In this document: positions 1-9,334 of the stretch, one piece after another
How the letters are laid out: the number at the start of each line of letters is the position of its first letter
Position numbering within the stretch: the first letter of the stretch is position 1
Source: Fidelibacterota bacterium
GTDB taxonomy: Bacteria; Fidelibacterota; UBA8477; JABMPR01
Assembly: GCA_029939675.1 (NCBI GenBank)
Contig: JAOZSM010000006.1
Location: 1 to 34,153, forward strand
Length of the DNA: 34,153 nucleotides
Direction: 5' to 3'
Notes under the pieces: model-generated
Told to the model about the DNA's origin: nothing
Databases searched by the model: none
What the model saw: the letters and a program-made list of their open reading frames with translations, nothing else
Translations under genes and position numbers: made by a program

Positions 1-1459
1 AATTAGGTCGCTCAAAATCAATGGGATTCTTATGGAAAAACAACTGCCATAGGTCTAGTAAGAGTTGCTTATTAGTAAAGTATTGAACTGATAGAAATAC
101 TAATTCAATGGTAACAAATAGTGAGAATAACTGAATAAATTGGTTTGAAATTATTATCATAATCAAATGGCCTAACACACTTGCTATTATAATAGAAAGC
201 CAGATACTACGGGTATCCCACAATTGTCGCAACAGACCGTAGTTAAGTGATTTTCTCGCATAGTAGGTGTTAAAATATAAAGATAGAGTAGACACAACCA
301 GCTCACCCATAATAATATAAAGGACGCCAAATTGAGCCATTATCAGGATGTTCGCGATCCGAATAACAATCTTAATTATATTTAACCTAAAAATCAAATC
401 GCTCCGTCCTTGCGAAATTGTTAATTGGATATTCAACAAGTGGATTGGATACAAAATTCCGATAATTGCTAGTATTTTGAGATAAGGAATAATTGACAGC
501 CATTTATCCGTTAGAAGAAGCTTGATAAATGGTTGTGCGCCAATATGTAGTGACAACATAATTGGTGCGACTAACACAAGTGATAGTGCTAAAAAGCTGC
601 TCATACCGAGTTTAATCTTCTGCTCTTTTCCTTGAACTTTCGCTAGAACGGGAAAGGCAACTCCTCCTATTGCTTGAGAAAATTGTTCCGATCCCATTTG
701 CTGGAATTGTTTAGCCTTAGTGTAGTAACCAACCTGGGCAGCGGGAAAGTATTTACCAATAATTAAGATATAGAGATTATCAGTAATTGTTGTAAGTATA
801 CTTGTAGCGAGCATCCACACTCCAAATGAAAGCATCTTCCTAAGCGAATCGAATGAAAACTCGAAGCGGGGAATCCATTTGACCACAATCCATAGTCCAA
901 CGACATTTAAAATATTCAGGCAAATGAATTGAATCACAATACTCCATACACCCAAACCAGATAAGGCAACATAAATTGCTATCCCTCCCGAAACGAGATT
1001 TGCAATGAGATTGACGATTGCTTTCTCTTTGAACTTAACCTCACGTCTGAGCTTAGAGTGTTGAATAACACCGAAGGCGTTGATAACAAAAATAAACGCC
1101 ATGATTCGGGTAAGTTCCAGGAGTTGGGGCTCTTCATAAAAAGCGGCTACAAATGGGGCTATTGACCAAACAACAACGTACATCAAGACACTGATAACTA
1201 GATTAGTAATAAATATCGTGTTTGCATCGATAAAACTAACTTCTTTTTTCTGGATATACGCAGAACCCAAACCTGCCTCAACGAAGACCTGGGCAATGGC
1301 AAAAATGACCATTATCATACCGATCAAGCCAAAATCTGCTGGTGTTAGAAGTCTGGCCAGGATGATAGTGACAATAAAACGAGTGACCTGAAGACCAAAT
1401 TTTTCAAATAGCTGCCAGATTACGCCATGTGTTGTCTGTCTCTGTAAAACCGTATTCAA
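1..1459 (-). CDS. wzx: Wzx/WzxC-type polysaccharide flippase (MOP superfamily); 3' end runs off the window edge
   Basis: Not in the ORF track because its stop is outside the window. Manual translation from TTG at 1459 stays open for 486 codons: MNTVLQRQTTHGVIWQLFEKFGLQVTRFIVTIILARLLTPADFGLIGM..., with GLGSAYIQKK and VGYYTKAKQF and many hydrophobic helices, typical of WzxC. Confidence 0.9.
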   Translation of the reverse strand, partial: MNTVLQRQTTHGVIWQLFEKFGLQVTRFIVTIILARLLTPADFGLIGMIMVIFAIAQVFVEAGLGSAYIQKKEVSFIDANTIFITNLVISVLMYVVVWSIAPFVAAFYEEPQLLELTRIMAFIFVINAFGVIQHSKLRREVKFKEKAIVNLIANLVSGGIAIYVALSGLGVWSIVIQFICLNILNVVGLWIVVKWIPRFEFSFDSLRKMLSFGVWMLATSILTTITDNLYILIIGKYFPAAQVGYYTKAKQFQQMGSEQFSQAIGGVAFPVLAKVQGKEQKIKLGMSSFLALSLVLVAPIMLSLHIGAQPFIKLLLTDKWLSIIPYLKILAIIGILYPIHLLNIQLTISQGRSDLIFRLNIIKIVIRIANILIMAQFGVLYIIMGELVVSTLSLYFNTYYARKSLNYGLLRQLWDTRSIWLSIIIASVLGHLIMIIISNQFIQLFSLFVTIELVFLSVQYFTNKQLLLDLWQLFFHKNPIDFERPN

Positions 1460-1460
1460 T

Positions 1461-2585
1461 TTAGTGTGACCGATATTCCTTTATGAGATCAATGATACGC
1501 AGAACATCCTCAGGATCAAGCTCGGGGTAAATCGGTAAACAAATAACCTCTTTGCTGATCTTTTCTGCAGTTGGGACAGAAAGTTGACTTGCAGCTCCAA
1601 TCTCCTGATAAGCTGAATACTGACTGATAAGTGGATAAAAATATCGCCGAGCAATAATATCTTGTGTTTTCAGGTAGTGATATAATGAATCACGACTCTG
1701 GCCATAAATCGACTCTGATATGAAGATTGGATAGTAGCCATAGTTATAATTACTTAGTCCGGCTGGACTCGAAGCCAGGCGAATCCCAGCAATTTTTGAG
1801 AGCCCCGTGTGATAAAGTTCAGCAATTTCAGCTCGCCGATCAATGTTCGATTTATGATACTTAAGCTGTAGTAGACCTAAAGCCGCCTGCATCTCATTCA
1901 TTTTTGAGTTTATACCATGAGCTACCACTGATATTTCGTTCATAAAACCAAAATTTTTCAGTTGATCAATGTGTTGCTTAGTGGCAGCATCGTGACTAAT
2001 GATGGCTCCACCCTCCATCGTGTTATACACTTTTGTAGCATGAAAACTTAGAATAGACAGATCGCCATGATTTAGAATTGATTCACCATCCAGGCACACG
2101 CCAAAAGCATGTGCAGCATCGTAAATTACTCGCAATTTGTGTTTTTGAGCGATTTCTTGTATCCTGGAAACATTAGCCGGAAAACCATAGACATGTACAG
2201 GTAGAATCGCCGTGGTCCGGGGAGTAATGGCGGCCTCAATAAGATCGGGATCTAAATTCCCATAAATTGGGTCAACATCAACGAATACTGGTTTTAGATT
2301 GTTCCAAATAAGTGAGTTTGCAGTTGCCACAAATGTGTAAGGAGTGGTAATGACCTCCCCTTTAATATTTAGTGCCTGCAGGGCTGTTATAAGAGCCAGG
2401 GTTCCATTCGTAAACAATGATATATAATCGACGCCCAGGTAGTCTGCCATATCTACCTCCAGCTGCTTATGGTATTTGCCATTATTCGTCAGCCATTTGG
2501 TTTCCCAAATATCCTTTAAATAAGGTATAAATTCTTCAACTTCCGGTAGTGAAGGTTCAGTAACATAAATTTGTTTCTTTTTCAT
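1461..2585 (-). CDS. vioA: DegT/DnrJ/EryC1/StrS PLP-dependent sugar aminotransferase, VioA-like (dTDP-4-amino-4,6-dideoxyglucose transaminase)
   Basis: WLTNNG, FTNGTLAL, ITTPYTFVATAN, YDAAHAFG, SFHATKV (PLP lysine) and RRYFYPLIS motifs. Confidence 0.85.
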   Translation of the reverse strand: MKKKQIYVTEPSLPEVEEFIPYLKDIWETKWLTNNGKYHKQLEVDMADYLGVDYISLFTNGTLALITALQALNIKGEVITTPYTFVATANSLIWNNLKPVFVDVDPIYGNLDPDLIEAAITPRTTAILPVHVYGFPANVSRIQEIAQKHKLRVIYDAAHAFGVCLDGESILNHGDLSILSFHATKVYNTMEGGAIISHDAATKQHIDQLKNFGFMNEISVVAHGINSKMNEMQAALGLLQLKYHKSNIDRRAEIAELYHTGLSKIAGIRLASSPAGLSNYNYGYYPIFISESIYGQSRDSLYHYLKTQDIIARRYFYPLISQYSAYQEIGAASQLSVPTAEKISKEVICLPIYPELDPEDVLRIIDLIKEYRSH

Positions 2586-2644
2586 GTCTGTTCATCTCTC
2601 ATAGGGGCTACACTCATTTCGATTAACCAAATAGTGAGGTATAT

Positions 2645-3571
2645 TTATTCCACCGATAACACATCCCCGCTAGCGATCAGGGGGTGAGGTTGCTCATTGT
2701 ACAGATAATCCAGTCCAAACAGCCTGAGAATTTCAAGTGTTCTCTGGATTTGTTCTTTGCTGACATGTTCCTGCCATTCCAGCAAGGGTGATTTGCCCTG
2801 GTTTACGGCGCTACCATCTCTGGCAAGTGCCGATGGTCGATTAAATACTTTTTCACTAATCCGGGGAACTGGTTGCTGTAGAAAAGAAAATATTCGCTGC
2901 ACTTCACGACTACGATCTGCAATAATATCTTCATAGAAGGTAATGTGGGCATCACCAGGCTTGAGCAACTTCAAAGGGATGTAATTTTCTATGCACCAAT
3001 TCACAATATGGCCTTCAAAATCACCCGTAATTTTTTCAATTTCATTCACAAATGGAGCGAGGTGATCCTTAACCAGTTCATTTTGAGAGAGAAATACGTC
3101 TGTACTACTAGGCCAGTTAAGTTGCATCCTGGAATTGGCAACGGCGCAGGGGTGTCGCATTAAAAAAATAATGGGAACTTCAGGAAAATTTTTATGCAAC
3201 CAGGGTAACTGCAAATTAGCTCTAATTTCCTTGATAATTCTAGTACGGCTAAATACTCTGCGGTTCAGCCGATTCACCCACGCGTTTCGAACTTTTCCAT
3301 CCAATATTTTTTTGGCCGGGATTAAATATTTTGCTTCCTGATTATTTTGTCTCAAGTATTGATAAGGAGTCCAATGAGCAACTAATTTGTTTTTCCGGGT
3401 ATGAAAGGGTTCGAATATTACCCGATGAGAATTATCATGATTAAGAATATTCTCAACCCAAGTAGTGCCACTTCGACCACTTCCGGCAAGCAACAGACTG
3501 CCATGACTATCCCCACTATCAAAATACACCCACTTGGGGAATCTCTTGATACTAATCATAACATTGATCAA
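2645..3571 (-). CDS. PAPS-dependent sulfotransferase (start may be ATG at 3559)
   Basis: 5'-PSB loop GSGRSGTTW, FEPF, IIKEIR, 3'-PB motif LMRHPCAVANS and YEDI. Confidence 0.88.
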   Translation of the reverse strand: MINVMISIKRFPKWVYFDSGDSHGSLLLAGSGRSGTTWVENILNHDNSHRVIFEPFHTRKNKLVAHWTPYQYLRQNNQEAKYLIPAKKILDGKVRNAWVNRLNRRVFSRTRIIKEIRANLQLPWLHKNFPEVPIIFLMRHPCAVANSRMQLNWPSSTDVFLSQNELVKDHLAPFVNEIEKITGDFEGHIVNWCIENYIPLKLLKPGDAHITFYEDIIADRSREVQRIFSFLQQPVPRISEKVFNRPSALARDGSAVNQGKSPLLEWQEHVSKEQIQRTLEILRLFGLDYLYNEQPHPLIASGDVLSVE

Positions 3572-3575
3572 TCAT

Positions 3576-3724
3576 GACGATCCCGCAAAAAGTGCCTCTC
3601 GCAGAGAACGCAAAGGCGCAAAGTGTTGATAATTAAGAACACAGCTCGTGTTCGCATAAATAGCTATATTTATTAATGTTAGGGTGATATTCATGTTTTG
3701 TCATATACTCTTTGCTAAGCCGTC
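3576..3724. mobile_element. MITE-like non-autonomous element, copy 1 (149 bp)
   Basis: Imperfect 18-bp TIRs (GACGATCCCGCAAAAAGT / ACTCTTTGCTAAGCCGTC, 12/18) flanked by direct repeat AATCAT at 3570-3575 and 3725-3730. First 31 nt are 28/31 identical to the copy at 14255. Confidence 0.8.
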
Positions 3725-3740
3725 AATCATTTAACTTTAT

Positions 3741-4634
3741 TCAGGATGTTCTTAGAGGTGTTTGAATACCTCGAATAAATCCAAGAAACGTGTAATAGAT
3801 TGCCGATAATGAATACCTCCTGGCCACTATCTCTTTAACCAGTATTCCACTTAAATAGATAAGCGTGAAAGGAATGTATTTCTTCCGGCCATGTTTGCGG
3901 AAAAAGTAGATTGTGTTATGAGTCCGGCAGTTCATGCCTCTTGATGGGTTAGATGGTCGCACACCTCCAGTAGGAATTCTTAAATGCAACATACGTGGCT
4001 TAGGATTGTACTGAACAGAGTATCCATGATTCAGAATTGTATATCCGAAATCGCTATCTTCCATTACAGCTGTACCTATAAAATTGGTGTCAAATCCACC
4101 AACCTTTTTATAAATATCTGTTCGAACACAAAAATTACCACCTGGAACCCATTCACATGGTCCGCTATTATCAGTATCAAAATTCTTTAGAGTCTTACCA
4201 TATCGAGTAACGACCCCACCTACCAGACTGATACGCTCTTTAAAAATATTTGATCCCTCTTCAATGACCCGGCCACCAACCAGAACAAGAGCATCGTCTG
4301 CGCTTATAAATATTTCTTGATAGGCTTCAATTAAATCGGGATCAGGAATACAGTCATCATCCAGGAAAATGGCATAATCAGTCGTTACCGCTTGCATACC
4401 GACATTCCGGGCATTGGGCAAACCAGGAGTATCAATATGGATGTACTGATATAAAAATGCTGAAGATTGGAACTCTTGCAAAGCCTCCACCGGTGATTCC
4501 GATTGATCAACAATGATTACTGGAAAGCCGGATTTTGTCTGATGCGCTAAAGCCTCAAGCGTATTAAGGGTTATTAGCCCCCGATTATACGTTGGAATAA
4601 CAATACTGAACGTTTGTGGATTTGAGGTTTTCAT
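3741..4634 (-). CDS. Glycosyltransferase family 2
   Basis: SIVIPTYNR, IIVDQS, GLPNARNVG, FLDDD (DxD), GGFDTNF and EDSDFG. Confidence 0.92.
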   Translation of the reverse strand: MKTSNPQTFSIVIPTYNRGLITLNTLEALAHQTKSGFPVIIVDQSESPVEALQEFQSSAFLYQYIHIDTPGLPNARNVGMQAVTTDYAIFLDDDCIPDPDLIEAYQEIFISADDALVLVGGRVIEEGSNIFKERISLVGGVVTRYGKTLKNFDTDNSGPCEWVPGGNFCVRTDIYKKVGGFDTNFIGTAVMEDSDFGYTILNHGYSVQYNPKPRMLHLRIPTGGVRPSNPSRGMNCRTHNTIYFFRKHGRKKYIPFTLIYLSGILVKEIVARRYSLSAIYYTFLGFIRGIQTPLRTS

Positions 4635-4662
4635 TGCAGCACCTGGGTTAGCATATCAAATC

Positions 4663-5517
4663 CTACTTTGCTGTTTTCAATGAGTTTTTTGCAATCTTTT
4701 TGAAAATTTGGATATTAGCAAAGAAAAAGATCAACTGACTTGGGATTATCGTCGGCCAATGATACCACCTGGTGTGCTTTGAATATACTTTAAACAATCC
4801 TTCCAGTTTTCGACGAAATTTGCTAAATCCGAATTCACCACCCAAAGAGGCGGAAACCTTATGAAATATTTTACTTTGGGGGCAAAACATTAATTTATAG
4901 CCTGCCTTGCGACAGCGTAGTGAAAGGTCAACATCTTCTCCGTACATTTTAAATGCAGGATGAAAACCTGCCAATTCAGTAGCCACTTTGGTTGGCATCA
5001 TCATGCAACAGCCAGTGATGTAGTCAGTGCTGACAAGCTCCGGAGAAACCTCAGAAACTTGATCCCGGATATGCTTGTGAACGATGATCCCGGTCCAGAG
5101 GTTAACACTCCCCCCACCATACCAAACCCGTTCGGGGTCTGAGGCATAACACATCATGGGTGCAACCATACCAACCCGTTCAGATCGATCAAAACTGGCC
5201 AATAGTGGTTCAATAAAATCCGGTTCAACTGTAGTATCATTGTTCAGAAAAATCACATATTCAAAACCCTGCGTATCAGCCCACTTAAGTCCAGCATTGT
5301 TGCCACCACCAAAGAACAGATTAGTGGATAACTCCAGCACAAATATGTGAGGAAAGGCCTGTTTGATCTTTGCAACAGAATCATCATCAGAGCCATTGTC
5401 AATCACAACAACTTCAGCATGGGCATAGGTCAGGTTTTGCAGTGAATCCAGACATTCCAGGGTATCATCTGCCCCATTCCAGTTTAGCACCAGGATACAG
5501 ATCCGGGGACTATTCAT
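4663..5517 (-). CDS. Glycosyltransferase family 2 (rhamnosyltransferase-like GT2 group)
   Basis: ILVLNWNG, VIDNGSDD, NLFFGGGNNAG, FLNNDT, TGCCMM, YGEDVDLSLR. ATG at 5517 overlaps the end of the upstream gene. Confidence 0.92.
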   Translation of the reverse strand: MNSPRICILVLNWNGADDTLECLDSLQNLTYAHAEVVVIDNGSDDDSVAKIKQAFPHIFVLELSTNLFFGGGNNAGLKWADTQGFEYVIFLNNDTTVEPDFIEPLLASFDRSERVGMVAPMMCYASDPERVWYGGGSVNLWTGIIVHKHIRDQVSEVSPELVSTDYITGCCMMMPTKVATELAGFHPAFKMYGEDVDLSLRCRKAGYKLMFCPQSKIFHKVSASLGGEFGFSKFRRKLEGLFKVYSKHTRWYHWPTIIPSQLIFFFANIQIFKKIAKNSLKTAK

Positions 5518-6634
5518 CCTCAAGCGCCCTGGCTATGTGAGAGCAAAATGTGCTGATAGAGTATTTTGATTTTTGGGCTTTGACATGAGTAACCATGACA
5601 TCACGATCATCACTTTGAAAGAATTTCAGAATTAAATCAGCCAAGGCATCCGGATTTTCCGGCTCAGCCAGATAGCCTGTTTTTCCATCTTCTATGTATT
5701 CACCCAAGCCCCCTACCCGAGTTGCGATGACCGGTCGATCCATCTGGAAGGCAATACCAATGATACCGCTTTGCGTAGCCGAACGGTAGGGTAGAACCAA
5801 AACATCGCAGGCGGCAAAATATAAAGGGAGCTTTTCATCAGGGACAAATTCATTCCGGTAGTGAACCTGAGATCCTACACCGGTTGATTGAATCAAATCT
5901 TTGTATTTTTGTTCATTTTCATAGGCTTCACCAAGAATGTATGCTTTGTAATCAGGTAGTCTGTTTTGCAGCAATCCCAAAGCCTTGATCAGAATATCTA
6001 ATCCTTTATAGGGTCGGATCAATCCAAAGAAAAGCATAACCGGCTGATCAGACAATTTCAATATTGCTCTGGCTTCTGCCTTTGAATAGCGAGATTTGTA
6101 ATTCTCATATAGTGGATGAATCAAAGTTGTTACGGGGAGCTCAGGGCGAAAACGATGAACATCCTGCGTGACGTACTTGGATAAGGTGAATATGTGATTT
6201 GCATTGGCAAGTACCCGGCGCGCTGCCCAGGAATCAATAAAAGACTCTTCGTGGGGAATCAGATTATCGATAAATACGCTAACCTTAATCCCAACACGAC
6301 TCAACCTGGCACTGATTGTATTGATCATTAACGCAAAGTAGGGGTTCCAATACCGGAAGATCACCGCATCTGGATTAAACTTTTTGATCCGTTCCGCTGC
6401 CTTGAACCAACTAAAGGGATTTAATGAATCAACAATGCGTTCTGAAGGAAAATCTGAAGCCTGGCTCCCTTCCTTAAACTCTGTTTTACCTGGAAACAAC
6501 AGTTTGGGATACTGCCTCGAGTAGTTGATGAATTGAACAGTGTGCTCTTGACCAAGTTCACGGAAGATCAGGGCACTCAAATCTGAAAGTCCACCCCGGT
6601 AAGGTGGACCCACACTAATAAAAGAAATTCGCAT
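5510..6634 (-). CDS. Glycosyltransferase family 4 (GT-B)
   Basis: N-terminal GPPYRGG, LFFGLIRPYKGLDIL, VLPYRSATQSG, PVIATRVGGLGE. Confidence 0.92.
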   Translation of the reverse strand: MRISFISVGPPYRGGLSDLSALIFRELGQEHTVQFINYSRQYPKLLFPGKTEFKEGSQASDFPSERIVDSLNPFSWFKAAERIKKFNPDAVIFRYWNPYFALMINTISARLSRVGIKVSVFIDNLIPHEESFIDSWAARRVLANANHIFTLSKYVTQDVHRFRPELPVTTLIHPLYENYKSRYSKAEARAILKLSDQPVMLFFGLIRPYKGLDILIKALGLLQNRLPDYKAYILGEAYENEQKYKDLIQSTGVGSQVHYRNEFVPDEKLPLYFAACDVLVLPYRSATQSGIIGIAFQMDRPVIATRVGGLGEYIEDGKTGYLAEPENPDALADLILKFFQSDDRDVMVTHVKAQKSKYSISTFCSHIARALEDE

Positions 6635-6650
6635 AGCTACTTAATGGGGA

Positions 6651-7589
6651 TCAATCATCCTCACGGATGACAGGCTTCTCCTTATGCAGTGAACTGGTGA
6701 TCAATTCACCTAAAAGCCCCATGGACACAAACTGACCACCCATGATCGAGAGGAGGATACCCAGGTAGAAGATGGGCCGATTGCCGATCCATTTACCTGC
6801 TTCAAAAAAGTATTGGAGCAGCCACTGAAATGATAAGAATCCCAGAATTCCGAAGCCTATCAATAATAAAAACATACCGGCAAGCCCAAAAAAGTGCATT
6901 GGTTTGCGCATATATTTTCCAAGGAAAAGAACAGTAAATAGATCGAGGTAGCCGGTAAATAGACGCTTGAACCCGTATTTTGACTCACCATATTTTCGAG
7001 CATGGTGTTGGACTACTTTCTCAGTGCAGTTGAAGCCTTTCTGTTTGGCTAAAACCGGGATATAGCGATGCATTTCTCCGTAGAGTTCGATGTTTTTTAT
7101 TACTTTGCGGGTATAAGCCTTCAGCCCGCAATTAAAATCATGGATGGGTATCCCGGAAAGTTTGGAGACTGTAAAATTATATAATTTAGAGGGTAGTCTC
7201 TTACTGATAGGATCATGGCGGACCTGTTTCCAGCCGCTGACCATATCCCAGCCCTCTTCCAAAACACCGATAAGGGGTAGAATCTCTTGTGGATCATCCT
7301 GGAGATCTGCGTCCATCGTGATCACGTAATGACCCTCAGCAGCCTTAAAACCAGCATTCAATGCTGCGGCTTTTCCATAGTTTCGTTGAAAGCTAATGAC
7401 TTTCACTCGTTTATCAGATGTAGCAATTTCACGAATAAGTTCAAGCGATCTGTCCGTCGAACCATCATCGATAAAAATAATCTCAAACTGGTGTTTGGAA
7501 GGTTCCAGGGCCTGTTTGATCTGTGAAAGGAGCTCTACCAGTGATTCATCCTCATTAAGAAGTGGGATCACAAGACTAATTAGACTCAA
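6651..7589 (-). CDS. Polyprenol-phosphate glycosyltransferase (DPM/GtrB/ArnC-like GT2) with two C-terminal TM helices
   Basis: ISLVIPLLNE, IDDGSTD, RNYGKAAAL, TMDADLQDDP, DFNCGLKAY, GEMHRYIP. Likely start is TTG 7589 after a GGAG RBS; the ORF track gives 7619. Confidence 0.9.
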   Translation of the reverse strand: MSLISLVIPLLNEDESLVELLSQIKQALEPSKHQFEIIFIDDGSTDRSLELIREIATSDKRVKVISFQRNYGKAAALNAGFKAAEGHYVITMDADLQDDPQEILPLIGVLEEGWDMVSGWKQVRHDPISKRLPSKLYNFTVSKLSGIPIHDFNCGLKAYTRKVIKNIELYGEMHRYIPVLAKQKGFNCTEKVVQHHARKYGESKYGFKRLFTGYLDLFTVLFLGKYMRKPMHFFGLAGMFLLLIGFGILGFLSFQWLLQYFFEAGKWIGNRPIFYLGILLSIMGGQFVSMGLLGELITSSLHKEKPVIREDD

Positions 7590-7770
7590 TTGATTCTCCC
7601 TATACCGTAACGAATCCAACAGACAACCACGAATCTATCTATGTACTTTGTGACAATCTGAAATTCAATATTTTTTATAAATACCATTGTACTCATTACC
7701 ATCTTTGTTATATAATTCCATGTCTCAATCTCATATCAAGCTTTATCTGTGGAGTTATCTCTCATAACAT

Positions 7771-9318
7771 TTACCGTAATTTCCCTGCACGCATATAGTA
7801 AATATAAGCTTCATTTGACTTTCCAAGATACTCCAAAACATCGCCCATGTGCATTAAAACCTCAGGGTTGTCCGGATTGATATTCAGTGAACGGTCAATG
7901 AATTCCCGGGCTAGTTGGACGTGACCCAATTTGAAATAGATCCAGCCTGCAGTATCCAGATAGGGTGCATTATCAGGATTAAGGATCAGAGCTCGCTCTA
8001 CAAACTCTGCTGCATACCGAAGGGTATCTTCACTAACCTCACCTTCGGCTAGTAAGTAGGCATAATTGTTAAGAGCCAGATCATCATCAGGATTAAGCTC
8101 AATTAAACGTAGATATGTCTGTAATACCCCTTCCCGGTCATCCAATAGATCCAGAGTTGCAGCAATCATATGCAGAGTCTGAGCATCTTCAGGTCGAATC
8201 TTTAAGGCAGTATTCAAAGCATCAAGGGCTTGTTGAATATGCGTTGAGTCCCTTGATTTAACCGAAATATCCTGCAGAATACTACCCATGAGGCGGTGGA
8301 GAAAAAAATCATCCGGGAAGGCCGGAAGATAACTCTCCAATACCGTACCGGCTTGCGCCACATCGTCTACATCCAAATAGGTCCAAACCAACATGGATAC
8401 TGCATTAGATAGTTCCGGGTTAATCTCCAGGATATCCTTGATCATACTGCGAGCATTACTGGATTCTCCGGCGTCTATGAGAAGTTGACTGAGTTTGAGT
8501 TTTAGCTCCCAGGACTCAGGATACTCATCCACAACCGCGGTGAGATAATCAACGGCAGCCATTTCTCCATGCATCACCTTAACTAAATCCGTCTTCATAC
8601 TCTGGAGATCCATGGAATAGGGGGCCACCTCGATCAGTGAATCCATCAAAGCCTCAGCATCGAAAAAGCGATTCATACCTAGAAATAATCTTATTTGGCG
8701 ACCAACCAGGTCAGTCTCAGTAGGCCTGCGTTTGATGAGCTTATCGTAAAGATCGGTGATACGGATGTAATCATTGGCATTCAGATAAATGGTCTCTGCT
8801 CGTTGCAGGGCTGCAACACGATCTGTATCCAGCTCCCACAAGCGGATCAACAACTCAGCTTCGCGAATAGTATCACCCAGAGCGTGAAAGATCTGTGCAG
8901 ATTGTAAGATGGCATAATCGTTATTGTGATCCATGTCCAGAATACGATCGAAATAGCTCAGGGCCAATTTATGTTCAAGTTCTGATTGGGCAATTTCTCC
9001 CAACAGTTCCAGCGATTCCATATTGCGGGGCTCTATGGCAATGACTTTCAACAGGGCGTTCTTTGCGGCTGTTCTCCGATCAACTTGAAGAAACAACCTG
9101 GCCAGGGAAAAATGAATATCTACTGCACCTGGATCAAATTTAATAGCTCGCTCATAGGCAATGATGGCTTGCTCATATTTTCCGCTTGATTCCAGGTCCA
9201 TTCCATCCATAAAAGCATCAATGGCACGCGTATCATAGGTTCGAACAGGTGTTTCAGCACATAAGGGAACCCCACCAGTAACAACTAATAGAGTAACTAT
9301 GAATATGAACCTAACCAT
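7771..9318 (-). CDS. Exported tetratricopeptide-repeat protein (LbcA/PA4667-like C-terminus)
   Basis: Signal-like N-terminus from ATG 9318 (MVRFIFIVTLLVV...), repeated TPRs, and C-terminal ALNNYAYLLAE...PDNAPYLDTAGWIYFKLG...HMGDVL. Confidence 0.82.
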   Translation of the reverse strand: MVRFIFIVTLLVVTGGVPLCAETPVRTYDTRAIDAFMDGMDLESSGKYEQAIIAYERAIKFDPGAVDIHFSLARLFLQVDRRTAAKNALLKVIAIEPRNMESLELLGEIAQSELEHKLALSYFDRILDMDHNNDYAILQSAQIFHALGDTIREAELLIRLWELDTDRVAALQRAETIYLNANDYIRITDLYDKLIKRRPTETDLVGRQIRLFLGMNRFFDAEALMDSLIEVAPYSMDLQSMKTDLVKVMHGEMAAVDYLTAVVDEYPESWELKLKLSQLLIDAGESSNARSMIKDILEINPELSNAVSMLVWTYLDVDDVAQAGTVLESYLPAFPDDFFLHRLMGSILQDISVKSRDSTHIQQALDALNTALKIRPEDAQTLHMIAATLDLLDDREGVLQTYLRLIELNPDDDLALNNYAYLLAEGEVSEDTLRYAAEFVERALILNPDNAPYLDTAGWIYFKLGHVQLAREFIDRSLNINPDNPEVLMHMGDVLEYLGKSNEAYIYYMRAGKLR

Positions 9319-9334
9319 TATGCACAGCAGTTTG

